A stretch of DNA of 41,573 nt from a virus (Duplodnaviria > Caudoviricetes): IMG/VR virus record IMGVR_UViG_3300012933_000109, positions 1 to 41,573 of that record; one strand, given 5' to 3'. Position 1 is the stretch's first letter; each line of letters starts with the position of its first letter. The notes beneath the pieces were generated by a model. It was not told the DNA's origin. It saw nothing but the letters and a program-made list of their open reading frames with translations, and ran no database searches. The position numbers and the translations under genes are program-made. Shown here one piece after another: positions 24,785-33,116 of the stretch.

Positions 24785-27238
24785 TTAGGCTTTCAAGTAG
24801 GTGGGTGTATACCCGTTCATGTATGTGCTGCGTAGTTCAGCACGAAGTTCTCTGCTACGCGCTTTGAACGCATCGCTTGAGAATTTGATTTCCTCTCCCA
24901 TGTTAGCACCGCACACGGTGTCACTTGGGACAGGCAGAGGGAGCGGCCACTTGAACCACCACTCCATGAAGTCGCTCGCACCTTCCATGCAAGCGTGCAT
25001 CAGAGCAGCGGCCTCGTCCTTCACAGTCTTGTGTGAGTCAGAGTAAGCAGCGTCATGCACTGTGTTGACTAGCAACGACAGGCCGTTGAAGTTCTTGCGA
25101 GCATACCACGCACGGATCATCAGCCACATCGCAGCCTTCATCCACTCACCACCTGTGCCCTGCACCTCGTAGTTCTTGATCTCCGTTGGAGAGAACGAGG
25201 CGAGCATACCGCGCTTGAGTTGGTAGTCCATCGACGTGGACTCGCGGTATGTGTAGAGCTTACCATCTGGTGTACGCACACGGCTAATGCCTAGCTGTAC
25301 CATGATGGCTTGGTTGAGTGGGTGCGGTACCATCACATTGGTTGGTCGGCGGTTGCGTTGAATCTCAAGCGCACGCTTCTCGAAGTATGCGTCGATCTCA
25401 GGCCAACGCTCTTGCTCAGCAAGTGTCAGCGCCTCGACTTCCTCGATAGGCATACCAGTTGAGCTGGCAATCTTCTTAGCACCTGCACCATAGGCACGCT
25501 GGAATGAGAACGTCTTAGCACCTGTGCGCTTGTAGTCCCACTCATCGACAGCATCATGCTCTACACCATCCTTGTCGGTGAAGCCCTTGCACAACTTGAA
25601 CACCTCGTCGTACTCCATGTGCTCCTTGAGTGCGAGGCGCATGCAGTGCAGGTCAGTGCCCTTAATCAAGTCGTCGATCAACAGCTTGCATGACGTGAGG
25701 ATAGCCTGCACATACACCTCAAGTGAGGAGAAGTCTGACTGCCCGATCACACCGTCATCACCAAAGCGTGACACGAAGATCGTCTTCACGTCTGACTTGT
25801 TACCCTTTGGAATGTTCTGCAAGTTAGGGTTGCTTGATGAGAAGCGACCAGTCACTGTGCTCGTGTGGTTGAGCATGTGATGGATGATGCTATCAGCTTG
25901 CACCAACGTGAGCATGCCCTTCTGCTCGCCAGTCTCAGGGTCTTCGGTGATGAAGTACGTGGTCAAGTCCTTGCTCATAGCAGTGACCTTGCCTAGCATT
26001 TCCAAGAACGGTACGTCCTTGCGGTTGCCCAACAACTCAATGATCTCAGCGGCTACTGAGTACAGGCCGGGTGTGCTTGATGCCCACTCATCGAGAGGCT
26101 CAGTGAATCCCTTGAACTGCAATGGCACCTTAGTGTTGCGGCCCTTAGGCTTGGACACATCATCGACCTTGACCTTCTTGGTCTTGAACTCACCAGCATT
26201 CTTACCACCCTTGAAGGTGGCGTAGTTGTGACCAGTCTCTAAGTCTGGTGGTACTGGTGTGGTCGTGCCATCATTGAGGATGTACTGCACCTCGTCCATC
26301 TGTGCATACGCCAGCTTTGGTACTTGGCCTGCGGGCAACAACTTCTCGTAGTCACTACGCAGGACGGTACCACCGTCAGCGGTGTCGTACTCATACGCAT
26401 CATAGCGTACCTCACCACCGAAGATCAGCGGCGACAAGTGGTAGCGGTTAGTCCAGTTGAAATCGAATGGCATGTCAGCAGGCAAGAACTTCTCAAGCTC
26501 CTGCTTATTGGCGGCGAGAGTGGTGGCGAGTACGCCTGCAATCTCCAAGCCCTTGGCCTTGTCAACGAACATGCCGTTGCGTTCCATTTCAACTGTCGCA
26601 AGCAGCGAGCCCATGTTGAGCAGGATGCTGCGGCTTTGGTTAGCTGCCTGTGCACGCTGCACTTGGTCTAGAAAAATATCTCTAGTATTTCCTATGTCAC
26701 CCTCACGGCGTTTGCCTGTGGGTTGCTTGGTCATAGGATCAATCAAGTCCTCACCAATCAGGTAGCGCTTGAGCAAGTCAGGATCAATCTCCTCGGTGGG
26801 TACGCCTGCTTCCCACAACAGCTTGACCTCATCCACCTTGGTGTCCTTGCCATAGCGCAGGGCCATGTCGTCAAGCGATAGCATGTGTGATGCTTGTGTC
26901 TGTCCGTCGAGCAGGTACTCAGCGAGCTGCACATCCCACAAGTTACCGCCCTGTGCAACCCACGTCATCCATGCGTCAAGCACATGCGGGTCTTTCAACA
27001 GATGCAGCAAGTCGAACTTGATGTTAGCACCGACGAGTAACTTAATCTCAGGCACCAACAACTTGAGCAACCACTCGTGTCGTTGATTACTTTGCGTGGC
27101 GCGGAAGCACTGAGGCTTTGGCTCAGCCTTGGTGCACCATCCACTCAGTACCACCCAGTTACGCTCGTCAAAGGCGTTGGCCTTGCGCTTGTAACTGGTG
27201 TGGATTGTGGTTTCAATATCTACTACAGCCCATGTCAC
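24785..27238 (-). CDS. DNA polymerase, family A
   Basis: 817 aa, GTG start with GGAGG RBS; exo DIET and NIKFD; TVTGRFSSSNPNLQNIP; motif A DFSSLE; motif B RTGAKTFSFQRAYG; motif C VHDA. Confidence 0.97.
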   Translation of the reverse strand: MTWAVVDIETTIHTSYKRKANAFDERNWVVLSGWCTKAEPKPQCFRATQSNQRHEWLLKLLVPEIKLLVGANIKFDLLHLLKDPHVLDAWMTWVAQGGNLWDVQLAEYLLDGQTQASHMLSLDDMALRYGKDTKVDEVKLLWEAGVPTEEIDPDLLKRYLIGEDLIDPMTKQPTGKRREGDIGNTRDIFLDQVQRAQAANQSRSILLNMGSLLATVEMERNGMFVDKAKGLEIAGVLATTLAANKQELEKFLPADMPFDFNWTNRYHLSPLIFGGEVRYDAYEYDTADGGTVLRSDYEKLLPAGQVPKLAYAQMDEVQYILNDGTTTPVPPDLETGHNYATFKGGKNAGEFKTKKVKVDDVSKPKGRNTKVPLQFKGFTEPLDEWASSTPGLYSVAAEIIELLGNRKDVPFLEMLGKVTAMSKDLTTYFITEDPETGEQKGMLTLVQADSIIHHMLNHTSTVTGRFSSSNPNLQNIPKGNKSDVKTIFVSRFGDDGVIGQSDFSSLEVYVQAILTSCKLLIDDLIKGTDLHCMRLALKEHMEYDEVFKLCKGFTDKDGVEHDAVDEWDYKRTGAKTFSFQRAYGAGAKKIASSTGMPIEEVEALTLAEQERWPEIDAYFEKRALEIQRNRRPTNVMVPHPLNQAIMVQLGISRVRTPDGKLYTYRESTSMDYQLKRGMLASFSPTEIKNYEVQGTGGEWMKAAMWLMIRAWYARKNFNGLSLLVNTVHDAAYSDSHKTVKDEAAALMHACMEGASDFMEWWFKWPLPLPVPSDTVCGANMGEEIKFSSDAFKARSRELRAELRSTYMNGYTPTYLKA

Positions 27239-27372
27239 GGTACAGTACCTCCCTCAAGTGTGACCCACACCGTCAGGAATGGGATCAGATTGACGCACAA
27301 GCGCCGATTGTAGGGCGACCAATGCCACCCTACCCAGACGCTAGACCAGCGCCATAGAAGCCCGCATTTCAA
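27235..27372 (-). CDS. Small Trp-rich hypothetical protein (45 aa), missed by the ORF track
   Basis: MKCGLLWRWSSVWVGWHWSPYNRRLCVNLIPFLTVWVTLEGGTVP; TTGA overlap with the upstream stop and GTGA overlap with the polymerase start. Confidence 0.7.
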   Translation of the reverse strand: MKCGLLWRWSSVWVGWHWSPYNRRLCVNLIPFLTVWVTLEGGTVP

Positions 27373-27797
27373 GCGAGCACCCACACGATCTGCTTGTTGC
27401 GTGTCGTGCCTGAGTCCTTGATCTTGCCTGCTCGTGTCAGCTCAGCAAAGCGGGGTGTGATGCTGTTCAATCGCAGCGTGGTGCGGTTGGCAATCTCCTC
27501 GCCAGTGCAGCCACCATGCACAGCCAGCTCAATCAGGATGTGATCCTTGATACTGGCTCGGCGCTGTGTCGCAGTCTGTGCTGCGCGGTGGCTAGTAGCT
27601 GGGTCAGTGGTGCGCACTGGGTTGTAGTCAGCACGCTTAACCCATATCACATCAGGGTCAAGGCAGCGCACGTTGTGGCAGCACAGCCCCTTGTGTTCTT
27701 GCCCGTCATCGAAGACGCAACCAATGCAGTTGCCTCGGTACCGTTCAGGCTGTGTCTCGAATCCTAACTTCTCTACTTCGTCATTGTCTAAATACAT
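27369..27797 (-). CDS. Winged-helix DNA-binding protein with an N-terminal Cys-rich domain
   Basis: RTTDPATSHRAA...GCTGEEIA....LRLNSITPRFAEL.RAGKI.DSG..R...VW wHTH pattern; N-terminal CIGCVF...CC...C; GGAG RBS. Confidence 0.75.
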   Translation of the reverse strand: MYLDNDEVEKLGFETQPERYRGNCIGCVFDDGQEHKGLCCHNVRCLDPDVIWVKRADYNPVRTTDPATSHRAAQTATQRRASIKDHILIELAVHGGCTGEEIANRTTLRLNSITPRFAELTRAGKIKDSGTTRNKQIVWVLA

Positions 27798-27805
27798 GCG
27801 AACTC

Positions 27806-29113
27806 CTAAACATTTGAGGGCATGAGGTAGCGGCCCTTCTCGCCATCGAAGAACACCTCACAACGGGGCTCACGTGGGCCACCGCTGCGGTGTAACTTGT
27901 TCTTTGTTGTGTTGATGTAGCGTGAGTTGGTAAGCAAGGGATCGTTGCTCGCACCAATCGTGATGATTGCCTCGGCTGCGCCTTGCTTACCTGTCTTGCT
28001 ATCCTTGAGCATACCAAGGGTGGGCCACTGCATGCCATCACCCTCGCTGCTGATCTGTGATGTGGCGATGACAGGTACATCGTACTTCACACTAATGATA
28101 CGCGCCCACTGATACATGGCTTCGAGTAACTGGTCAGTGCGTTGTCCGTTGTTGCCTGCCTCGCCACCGAACTTGATGTTGTCCACCATGTCGAACACGA
28201 TGAGGCCGGGTGGCACAGTGCGAATAATATCCTCAACCTCATGCGACCAGAAGTCGTGAATGTCAAAGATTTTAATTATGTCCCAGCGTCCACCCACTGC
28301 CTCGTCATACTTCTCACGCAGCAAGTTCTTCTTGCCCTTGTCACTCGCGGTGTTGCTCCACTTAACAAGGTCACTAATGCTGGCGTTGAGTGCTGACTGA
28401 TAGCAGCGTTGGATGATGCGCTTGCCCGGCCCTTCGTTGTTGAACCACAAGATAGAGCGCTCGTCGCCGTACATCTGCTGCACCTGCGGTGCCATGTACG
28501 ATAGCTCAGAAGTGAGGAATGTAGTCTTGCCTTTGTCTGGCCTGCCTGCAATCACAACGAAGTCACCGCCACGTAGCGGGCGCATGCTCATGTTCAAGCA
28601 TTCGAGTCGCCAGTGTAGGCCAACGTCATTCTTTTCATCTTCGAGTAGCGATTCGATTGACGTGTCAACCCAAGGCACCTTGACTTTCTTGTTAGTCTCA
28701 AGCTCGAACGCCTCGACGATGCGGCGTGTCTCCATGTAGAGATCAACCTCTGCACCCTCGTTGTACTTCTGCAATAGGTCAGTCAACTCCGAAGCCTTAG
28801 CCGCTGCTACTAAGCGTGGCATCACGCCTTGCTTGATTGCATCAGGTACATCAGCCGCCATCGACGCAAAGATTGCATCGAATGCAGCGTAGTTCTCTGG
28901 CTTCAACTTCGGATGCGCGAATGCTTTGAACCACTTACCGAACAGCGCACTGTCGATAGTCTCTACCTCAGGAAACTCCTTGTAAAATTTTGCAAAGTCA
29001 TCCAAGATAATCTGTGTCTTCGCATCAAGTGCATGCTTGGGCACAGCGCGAATCAATCGGTCATGGACAGTGCGATGCTTGAGCAAGCGCATTACTGTCA
29101 GGTCAAGAGACAT
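27806..29113 (-). CDS. DnaB-like replicative helicase
   Basis: Walker A GRPDKGKT, FNNE, IVFD, ATSQ, LKDSKTGKQG, KNK. Confidence 0.95.
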   Translation of the reverse strand: MSLDLTVMRLLKHRTVHDRLIRAVPKHALDAKTQIILDDFAKFYKEFPEVETIDSALFGKWFKAFAHPKLKPENYAAFDAIFASMAADVPDAIKQGVMPRLVAAAKASELTDLLQKYNEGAEVDLYMETRRIVEAFELETNKKVKVPWVDTSIESLLEDEKNDVGLHWRLECLNMSMRPLRGGDFVVIAGRPDKGKTTFLTSELSYMAPQVQQMYGDERSILWFNNEGPGKRIIQRCYQSALNASISDLVKWSNTASDKGKKNLLREKYDEAVGGRWDIIKIFDIHDFWSHEVEDIIRTVPPGLIVFDMVDNIKFGGEAGNNGQRTDQLLEAMYQWARIISVKYDVPVIATSQISSEGDGMQWPTLGMLKDSKTGKQGAAEAIITIGASNDPLLTNSRYINTTKNKLHRSGGPREPRCEVFFDGEKGRYLMPSNV

Positions 29114-29889
29114 TCAAGTTCCTTTCGAGATAATAGTTTGGGGTCTTTGGGTGGTACGATGATGCGACAGTCAACACCTAGCAGGCTGAGCTGTCGTCGT
29201 GCTTTGATGTTGCCCTTGATACCCGCTGCATCAGGGTCAAGCATGATGATGACTGGCTTGTGTTGTGCATGGATCATGGTTGCGACACCATCAGGTATCG
29301 ACGTGCCCATGATAGACCATGCTTGTGTAACTGCACTGCATCTATACGCAGAGAGAATGTCCTCAGTGAGTACAAGGGTTGGGCCACTGCCGTACTTGGC
29401 AGCGAGCTTGTCTTTACTCACAATGGGGTTGATGTACTTGGCATGCGTGGTCGTGAAGCCACGCGCCTGCCAGTATACGAGCTGGCCGTTGTCGTAGAGC
29501 GGCATGACTACCCGCTCAAGGCGTTCGCAGTAGTAGAAACCTAGCTGCATTATGTCGTCATTCGATAGCCCCGCTTTGTAAAGCCATACCCTAGCACGGG
29601 CGGGCCATTGCTGTGGGTCATGCTGCTGTGGTTGTGGTAGTGAGAGCGAAGCAGTAGCTTCTAACTCTACGCTACGCACAGCGTTGAGCTTTGCGATTCT
29701 TTCGGATAACGACAAGCGAGGATGAGGAATCCACCCATGGTCGGAGCACCTCCAACAGTAGGCAGAGAACCCATCCTCTTTGTGCGTCACTTTAAGTGTG
29801 CGCCCAGCTCCGCAGTCGTGGTCAACACGCTCACTCCGTCCGGGCGGTAGGTGAGTAGTGTGTGACTTCCAACTAGCGGAGTCGAGCAT
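29098..29889 (-). CDS. DNA primase (Zn finger plus TOPRIM)
   Basis: HDC...CWRC zinc ligands; YWQAR, KYIN, LTEDILSA, LDPDAAG. Confidence 0.92.
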   Translation of the reverse strand: MLDSASWKSHTTHLPPGRSERVDHDCGAGRTLKVTHKEDGFSAYCWRCSDHGWIPHPRLSLSERIAKLNAVRSVELEATASLSLPQPQQHDPQQWPARARVWLYKAGLSNDDIMQLGFYYCERLERVVMPLYDNGQLVYWQARGFTTTHAKYINPIVSKDKLAAKYGSGPTLVLTEDILSAYRCSAVTQAWSIMGTSIPDGVATMIHAQHKPVIIMLDPDAAGIKGNIKARRQLSLLGVDCRIIVPPKDPKLLSRKELECLLT

Positions 29890-30167
29890 CAGGCTACCTT
29901 ACGCATGGCGATGCGTTGCAGTGCACCACCGTTGCCAGACTTGGCCAACGCAAAGACTGGTTGCATCATGCGCTTGAATGCTTTGGCTGCTAGTTCAACA
30001 GCGTTCACATCAGCACCACGTGGTGTCATTGAGCGCACCATGTCGTAGCAGTGTGCAGCCAGATGACGCAATGGGTGTTGCACCTTGAGCAAGGGCAGCT
30101 TGGTGTAAGCTAACTTGCGTGCTTCGTACTCAGGTGATGAGTAAGTTTTCTTGATACGACTTGGCAT
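29889..30167 (-). CDS. Hypothetical basic protein
   Basis: 92 aa; 1-nt stop/start overlaps at both ends. Confidence 0.75.
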   Translation of the reverse strand: MPSRIKKTYSSPEYEARKLAYTKLPLLKVQHPLRHLAAHCYDMVRSMTPRGADVNAVELAAKAFKRMMQPVFALAKSGNGGALQRIAMRKVA

Positions 30168-30376
30168 TAGAGTGTACGTCCGGGAAAGTTTTGTTGCACA
30201 AATTCCTCAGCCAACTTGTGAGCAGCAGAGAGGTCAGCACCAGTGGGTGCAGTAACCTCAGGGCCATCATGTGGCATGAGCTTCAAAGCCCAGCCGCCTT
30301 TGGCGAGTGGTGAATCCTTCACTTCAATGATGGCGTGAGGGATGCGAGACTTGATACCTGTGAGATCGCCGCGCAT
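30167..30376 (-). CDS. Hypothetical protein
   Basis: 69 aa; GGAGG RBS; TAATG overlap. Confidence 0.75.
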   Translation of the reverse strand: MRGDLTGIKSRIPHAIIEVKDSPLAKGGWALKLMPHDGPEVTAPTGADLSAAHKLAEEFVQQNFPGRTL

Positions 30377-30780
30377 TATTCAGTACCTCCCGACACGTAG
30401 TCCAAGGTGCTGTCAACTGGTGCAGGGTTGTAGTTGTGCGATTGAATCGCAACGCCTGTCACGTTGAACAACTGTTGATCGAAGCCTTCGCCTACGCTGA
30501 TACGGTACAGCGTTGGGCCTGCCTCTTGTGGCTTGCTACCCACGACGACACCTTGGTATGTCTTCTTGGTTTCGGCACGGCCATACACGAAGTCAACTTG
30601 TGTACCAGCAGGCAGGCCAGCAGTAACAGCGCCTTCGATTTGTGCAGTCACTTCAACCACAGCGATTTGCTCGTTCAGTTTTGTCAAGTCATCTTGTGCC
30701 TTGGTAAACTTGGCGCTTGCCGCTTCCAAAGTTTTGATGAGTTGTTCTTTGCGCTTGTTCAGATTGTCGAGTTTAGACAT
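30376..30780 (-). CDS. Hypothetical protein (N-terminal coiled coil plus SH3-like beta domain)
   Basis: 134 aa; heptad pattern in the first ~45 aa; AAGGA RBS. Confidence 0.78.
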   Translation of the reverse strand: MSKLDNLNKRKEQLIKTLEAASAKFTKAQDDLTKLNEQIAVVEVTAQIEGAVTAGLPAGTQVDFVYGRAETKKTYQGVVVGSKPQEAGPTLYRISVGEGFDQQLFNVTGVAIQSHNYNPAPVDSTLDYVSGGTE

Positions 30781-30788
30781 GGAGTTCC

Positions 30789-31121
30789 TTAGAGATTACG
30801 AAAAATAAAAGAGTCAGTGCGGAAGTACTCAACGAGTACAGCTTCCTCACCAGATTCGATAAGGCGTTGTGTCTCATCTTGAATGAGTAACGCCAGTTCA
30901 CTGTGCTCATCATTACGAGCGACAACATAATAGATGCGCACCACCTCGCGGCAAAGCGCACCATCATCCATACGCCACGTACCGTGAGCCTCTGTGACAG
31001 TGAAGCCACCCATAAGGGCAGCAAGTGCATGCTCAAAGTCGTTACTTACTTTGGCGAGAGGCACGTAAAGACGTATCGCATGGGGCTTGAACTCCATGTG
31101 AAAGGGAATATCATTTGCCAT
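30789..31121 (-). CDS. PII-like fold protein (DUF3574 / phage SAM-lyase-like)
   Basis: Likely start is the ATG at 31121 (AGGA upstream); GGFT..EA.GTW...G.L.RE.V...GEEAVLV pattern. Confidence 0.55.
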   Translation of the reverse strand: MANDIPFHMEFKPHAIRLYVPLAKVSNDFEHALAALMGGFTVTEAHGTWRMDDGALCREVVRIYYVVARNDEHSELALLIQDETQRLIESGEEAVLVEYFRTDSFIFRNL

Positions 31122-31305
31122 AGCGATCCTGTGAGTTGTATTTACCAATCCACTTGATGACATAGAGTGCTAGGTCAGCAGGTGGGCGAAGGCCAGCAGC
31201 TACGTTGTGCATACACTTACGTGCAGCATCAAGCACATTGCGTGGCGGGCTCATTGCTTCGAGTTTAGCAAGCGCCTCTTGCATGTCGAGGATGCTGGCA
31301 CTCAC
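31111..31305 (-). CDS. Hypothetical early protein
   Basis: 64 aa; GTGA overlap with the upstream gene. Confidence 0.68.
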   Translation of the reverse strand: MSASILDMQEALAKLEAMSPPRNVLDAARKCMHNVAAGLRPPADLALYVIKWIGKYNSQDRYGK

Positions 31306-31583
31306 AACAAACCAAGCTCACGCTTCTCTGCTTCCACCGCAGTGCGAACTGCGCTAGTGTGGAACAGTTGTTGTGTCTCCTCAGTGATGGCGTAATGATA
31401 AGCACGCTGCATAATCTCAGTGCGCTCCTCAAATTCTTCCAGCACTTCTTCTTCACGGCGCACAACACGGTCAAGCATCTTGCCATGCAAGCGCACCGCC
31501 TTGACGATGCACTCCTCGACAAGCACCTTAGTGCGGCGAGCCACACCAATCAGTGCACGGGTTACGGTAGGTGCTCGCATCAC
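31302..31583 (-). CDS. Hypothetical early protein
   Basis: 93 aa; AAGGAG RBS; coupled to both neighbours. Confidence 0.72.
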   Translation of the reverse strand: MMRAPTVTRALIGVARRTKVLVEECIVKAVRLHGKMLDRVVRREEEVLEEFEERTEIMQRAYHYAITEETQQLFHTSAVRTAVEAEKRELGLL

Positions 31584-31729
31584 TCAGTCTCCTTGACCAC
31601 AGCCTTAGTGACTGTCGATTGTTGGGCAGCAGTGCGGGCAAACTCACGAGCCTTGGCTTGGCCCTTGGTGTCGGAGTTGAAGTAGTGCTCCTCGGTGGAG
31701 CCATCGCGATAAATAACTAGAACTGTCAT
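31580..31729 (-). CDS. Small hypothetical protein (49 aa), missed by the ORF track
   Basis: MTVLVIYRDGSTEEHYFNSDTKGQAKAREFARTAAQQSTVTKAVVKETE; fills the gap and its stop overlaps the next start. Confidence 0.75.
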   Translation of the reverse strand: MTVLVIYRDGSTEEHYFNSDTKGQAKAREFARTAAQQSTVTKAVVKETE

Positions 31730-31738
31730 GTGATTCTT

Positions 31739-31852
31739 TCAGGTGTGTTTTTCTACGAACTTGCGCAGCTTGTACCCAATGTAGATACCAAGCGCAAACA
31801 TGCCACTCAGCGTGGCGGTCAAGAGGTACGTTATGTCAGTGACCGTAATCAT
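31739..31852 (-). CDS. Small single-pass membrane protein (37 aa), missed by the ORF track
   Basis: MITVTDITYLLTATLSGMFALGIYIGYKLRKFVEKHT; ATGA overlap with the lipoprotein stop; hydrophobic core followed by a basic tail. Confidence 0.72.
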   Translation of the reverse strand: MITVTDITYLLTATLSGMFALGIYIGYKLRKFVEKHT

Positions 31853-32274
31853 TTGGCGATCTTAGGCAGTGGGAATGGAACCTTTGATACTGGTTGGCAG
31901 TTGCCCTCATCCTTGGCAAAGGGCTTCTTCACGAAGTCGTTTTCGATGTAGCAACCCAGCGCACCACTGACAGTCGAGCACTTGAGTGTGTACTTCTCCA
32001 CCTCTTTGCCTGTGACTTTCATAATGCTGAGCGTGGCCCAGCCATCACCTTGTGGACACTCTGGCGATTGAGTTGAATCACCGTGGCCCACGATCTTGAA
32101 CGTGTTGTCGTAACGTGGATTCTCTGCACGGTATGCAGCGGCGTTGTACTCAGCGTTTGAGCGGGCTTGATTGCGTGCATCTTCCAACGTGTTGAACGAT
32201 ACAGTGTCAGGCTTGCCACATGCAGTGAGTGCAAGTGCAGCGAACATGGCGAGGATCAAAGATGTTTTCTTCAT
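31849..32274 (-). CDS. Early lipoprotein
   Basis: MKKTSLILAMFAALALTA-C signal peptide with lipobox; four further Cys (CPQGDGWA, KCS, GC, NC). Confidence 0.85.
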   Translation of the reverse strand: MKKTSLILAMFAALALTACGKPDTVSFNTLEDARNQARSNAEYNAAAYRAENPRYDNTFKIVGHGDSTQSPECPQGDGWATLSIMKVTGKEVEKYTLKCSTVSGALGCYIENDFVKKPFAKDEGNCQPVSKVPFPLPKIAK

Positions 32275-32283
32275 GGTAGTATT

Positions 32284-32562
32284 TCAGTTAAAGGTGTCAA
32301 TAAACTTGCGTGCCACTAAGGGCGGCATTGATGTTGCACCACACGCTGCTTCGAGGCGTGGCACAATACCATCAACGATGGATTGAAGGCGCTCATTACG
32401 AGCACGCAGCATGCGGTTCTCAAGCTCAAGCTCTTGAACTACATCTGCATCAGATGGTGTTACTGGTGTTGGCGTATTACCTCCATACAGTAAGTCCCAC
32501 CCTTGTGAGTAGGCGCTGTGATTTGTTGGGCGTTGCGCATGCCCTTTCCCTCCGGCACTCAT
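32284..32562 (-). CDS. Hypothetical early protein
   Basis: 92 aa; GGKG...RP....Y..GWD motif followed by a coiled coil (ELELENRMLRARNERL). Confidence 0.75.
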   Translation of the reverse strand: MSAGGKGHAQRPTNHSAYSQGWDLLYGGNTPTPVTPSDADVVQELELENRMLRARNERLQSIVDGIVPRLEAACGATSMPPLVARKFIDTFN

Positions 32563-32657
32563 TGCAAATGCACTGGCTCATGTGATGGACAGCGCGGTTC
32601 TGGTTGATGCGAGGGAAAGGGCCAGCGAACTGGTGCGGGTGCTGGTTGTGGTGTCAT
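32559..32657 (-). CDS. Pro-rich micro-protein (32 aa), missed by the ORF track
   Basis: MTPQPAPAPVRWPFPSHQPEPRCPSHEPVHLQ; ATGA overlaps at both ends. Confidence 0.68.
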   Translation of the reverse strand: MTPQPAPAPVRWPFPSHQPEPRCPSHEPVHLQ

Positions 32658-32920
32658 CGTAATGGCCTCACAATCCCAGCAGCCATAGCGTGCTTGCGCA
32701 ATTCTTGGTAGATGTAGAACGGCAGCTTGTTGTTAAGCGAACGGTACTCAGGCTCTGCGCTCATCTTTAAGAAGTGGTCACGGTCATCATTGTCACACTT
32801 TCCAACAGATGCAAGCACCACTGCGAACTCCTCAAATGTGAGGTCGATAATGATACGCTTCTGTTGTGTTGGTGGCGGTGGTGGCTGTGGAATGTCTTTG
32901 AGGTAGGATTTAATTTCCAT
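32654..32920 (-). CDS. Hypothetical early protein
   Basis: 88 aa; AAGGA RBS; PQPPPPP tract. Confidence 0.75.
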   Translation of the reverse strand: MEIKSYLKDIPQPPPPPTQQKRIIIDLTFEEFAVVLASVGKCDNDDRDHFLKMSAEPEYRSLNNKLPFYIYQELRKHAMAAGIVRPLR

Positions 32921-33116
32921 GAGGGTTCCTTGGGTTGGTTAAAATCTTGTCGCTGTGGTCAGGACGTACAAAGCCTGAGCATGTTGTGATTGGGCACAAC
33001 AAACCTCGGTGCTTATTGTTGGCGAGTGCGCACCCTGTGCACTTGTTGATACTCATGCTGTAGGGTGCTGGCACTACATCGTAGAGCACGCCATTGAATG
33101 TGTGAGTTTCCATCAC
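32910..33116 (-). CDS. Small Cys-rich hypothetical protein
   Basis: 68 aa; CTGCAL...HRGLLC....C. Confidence 0.68.
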   Translation of the reverse strand: MMETHTFNGVLYDVVPAPYSMSINKCTGCALANNKHRGLLCPITTCSGFVRPDHSDKILTNPRNPHGN

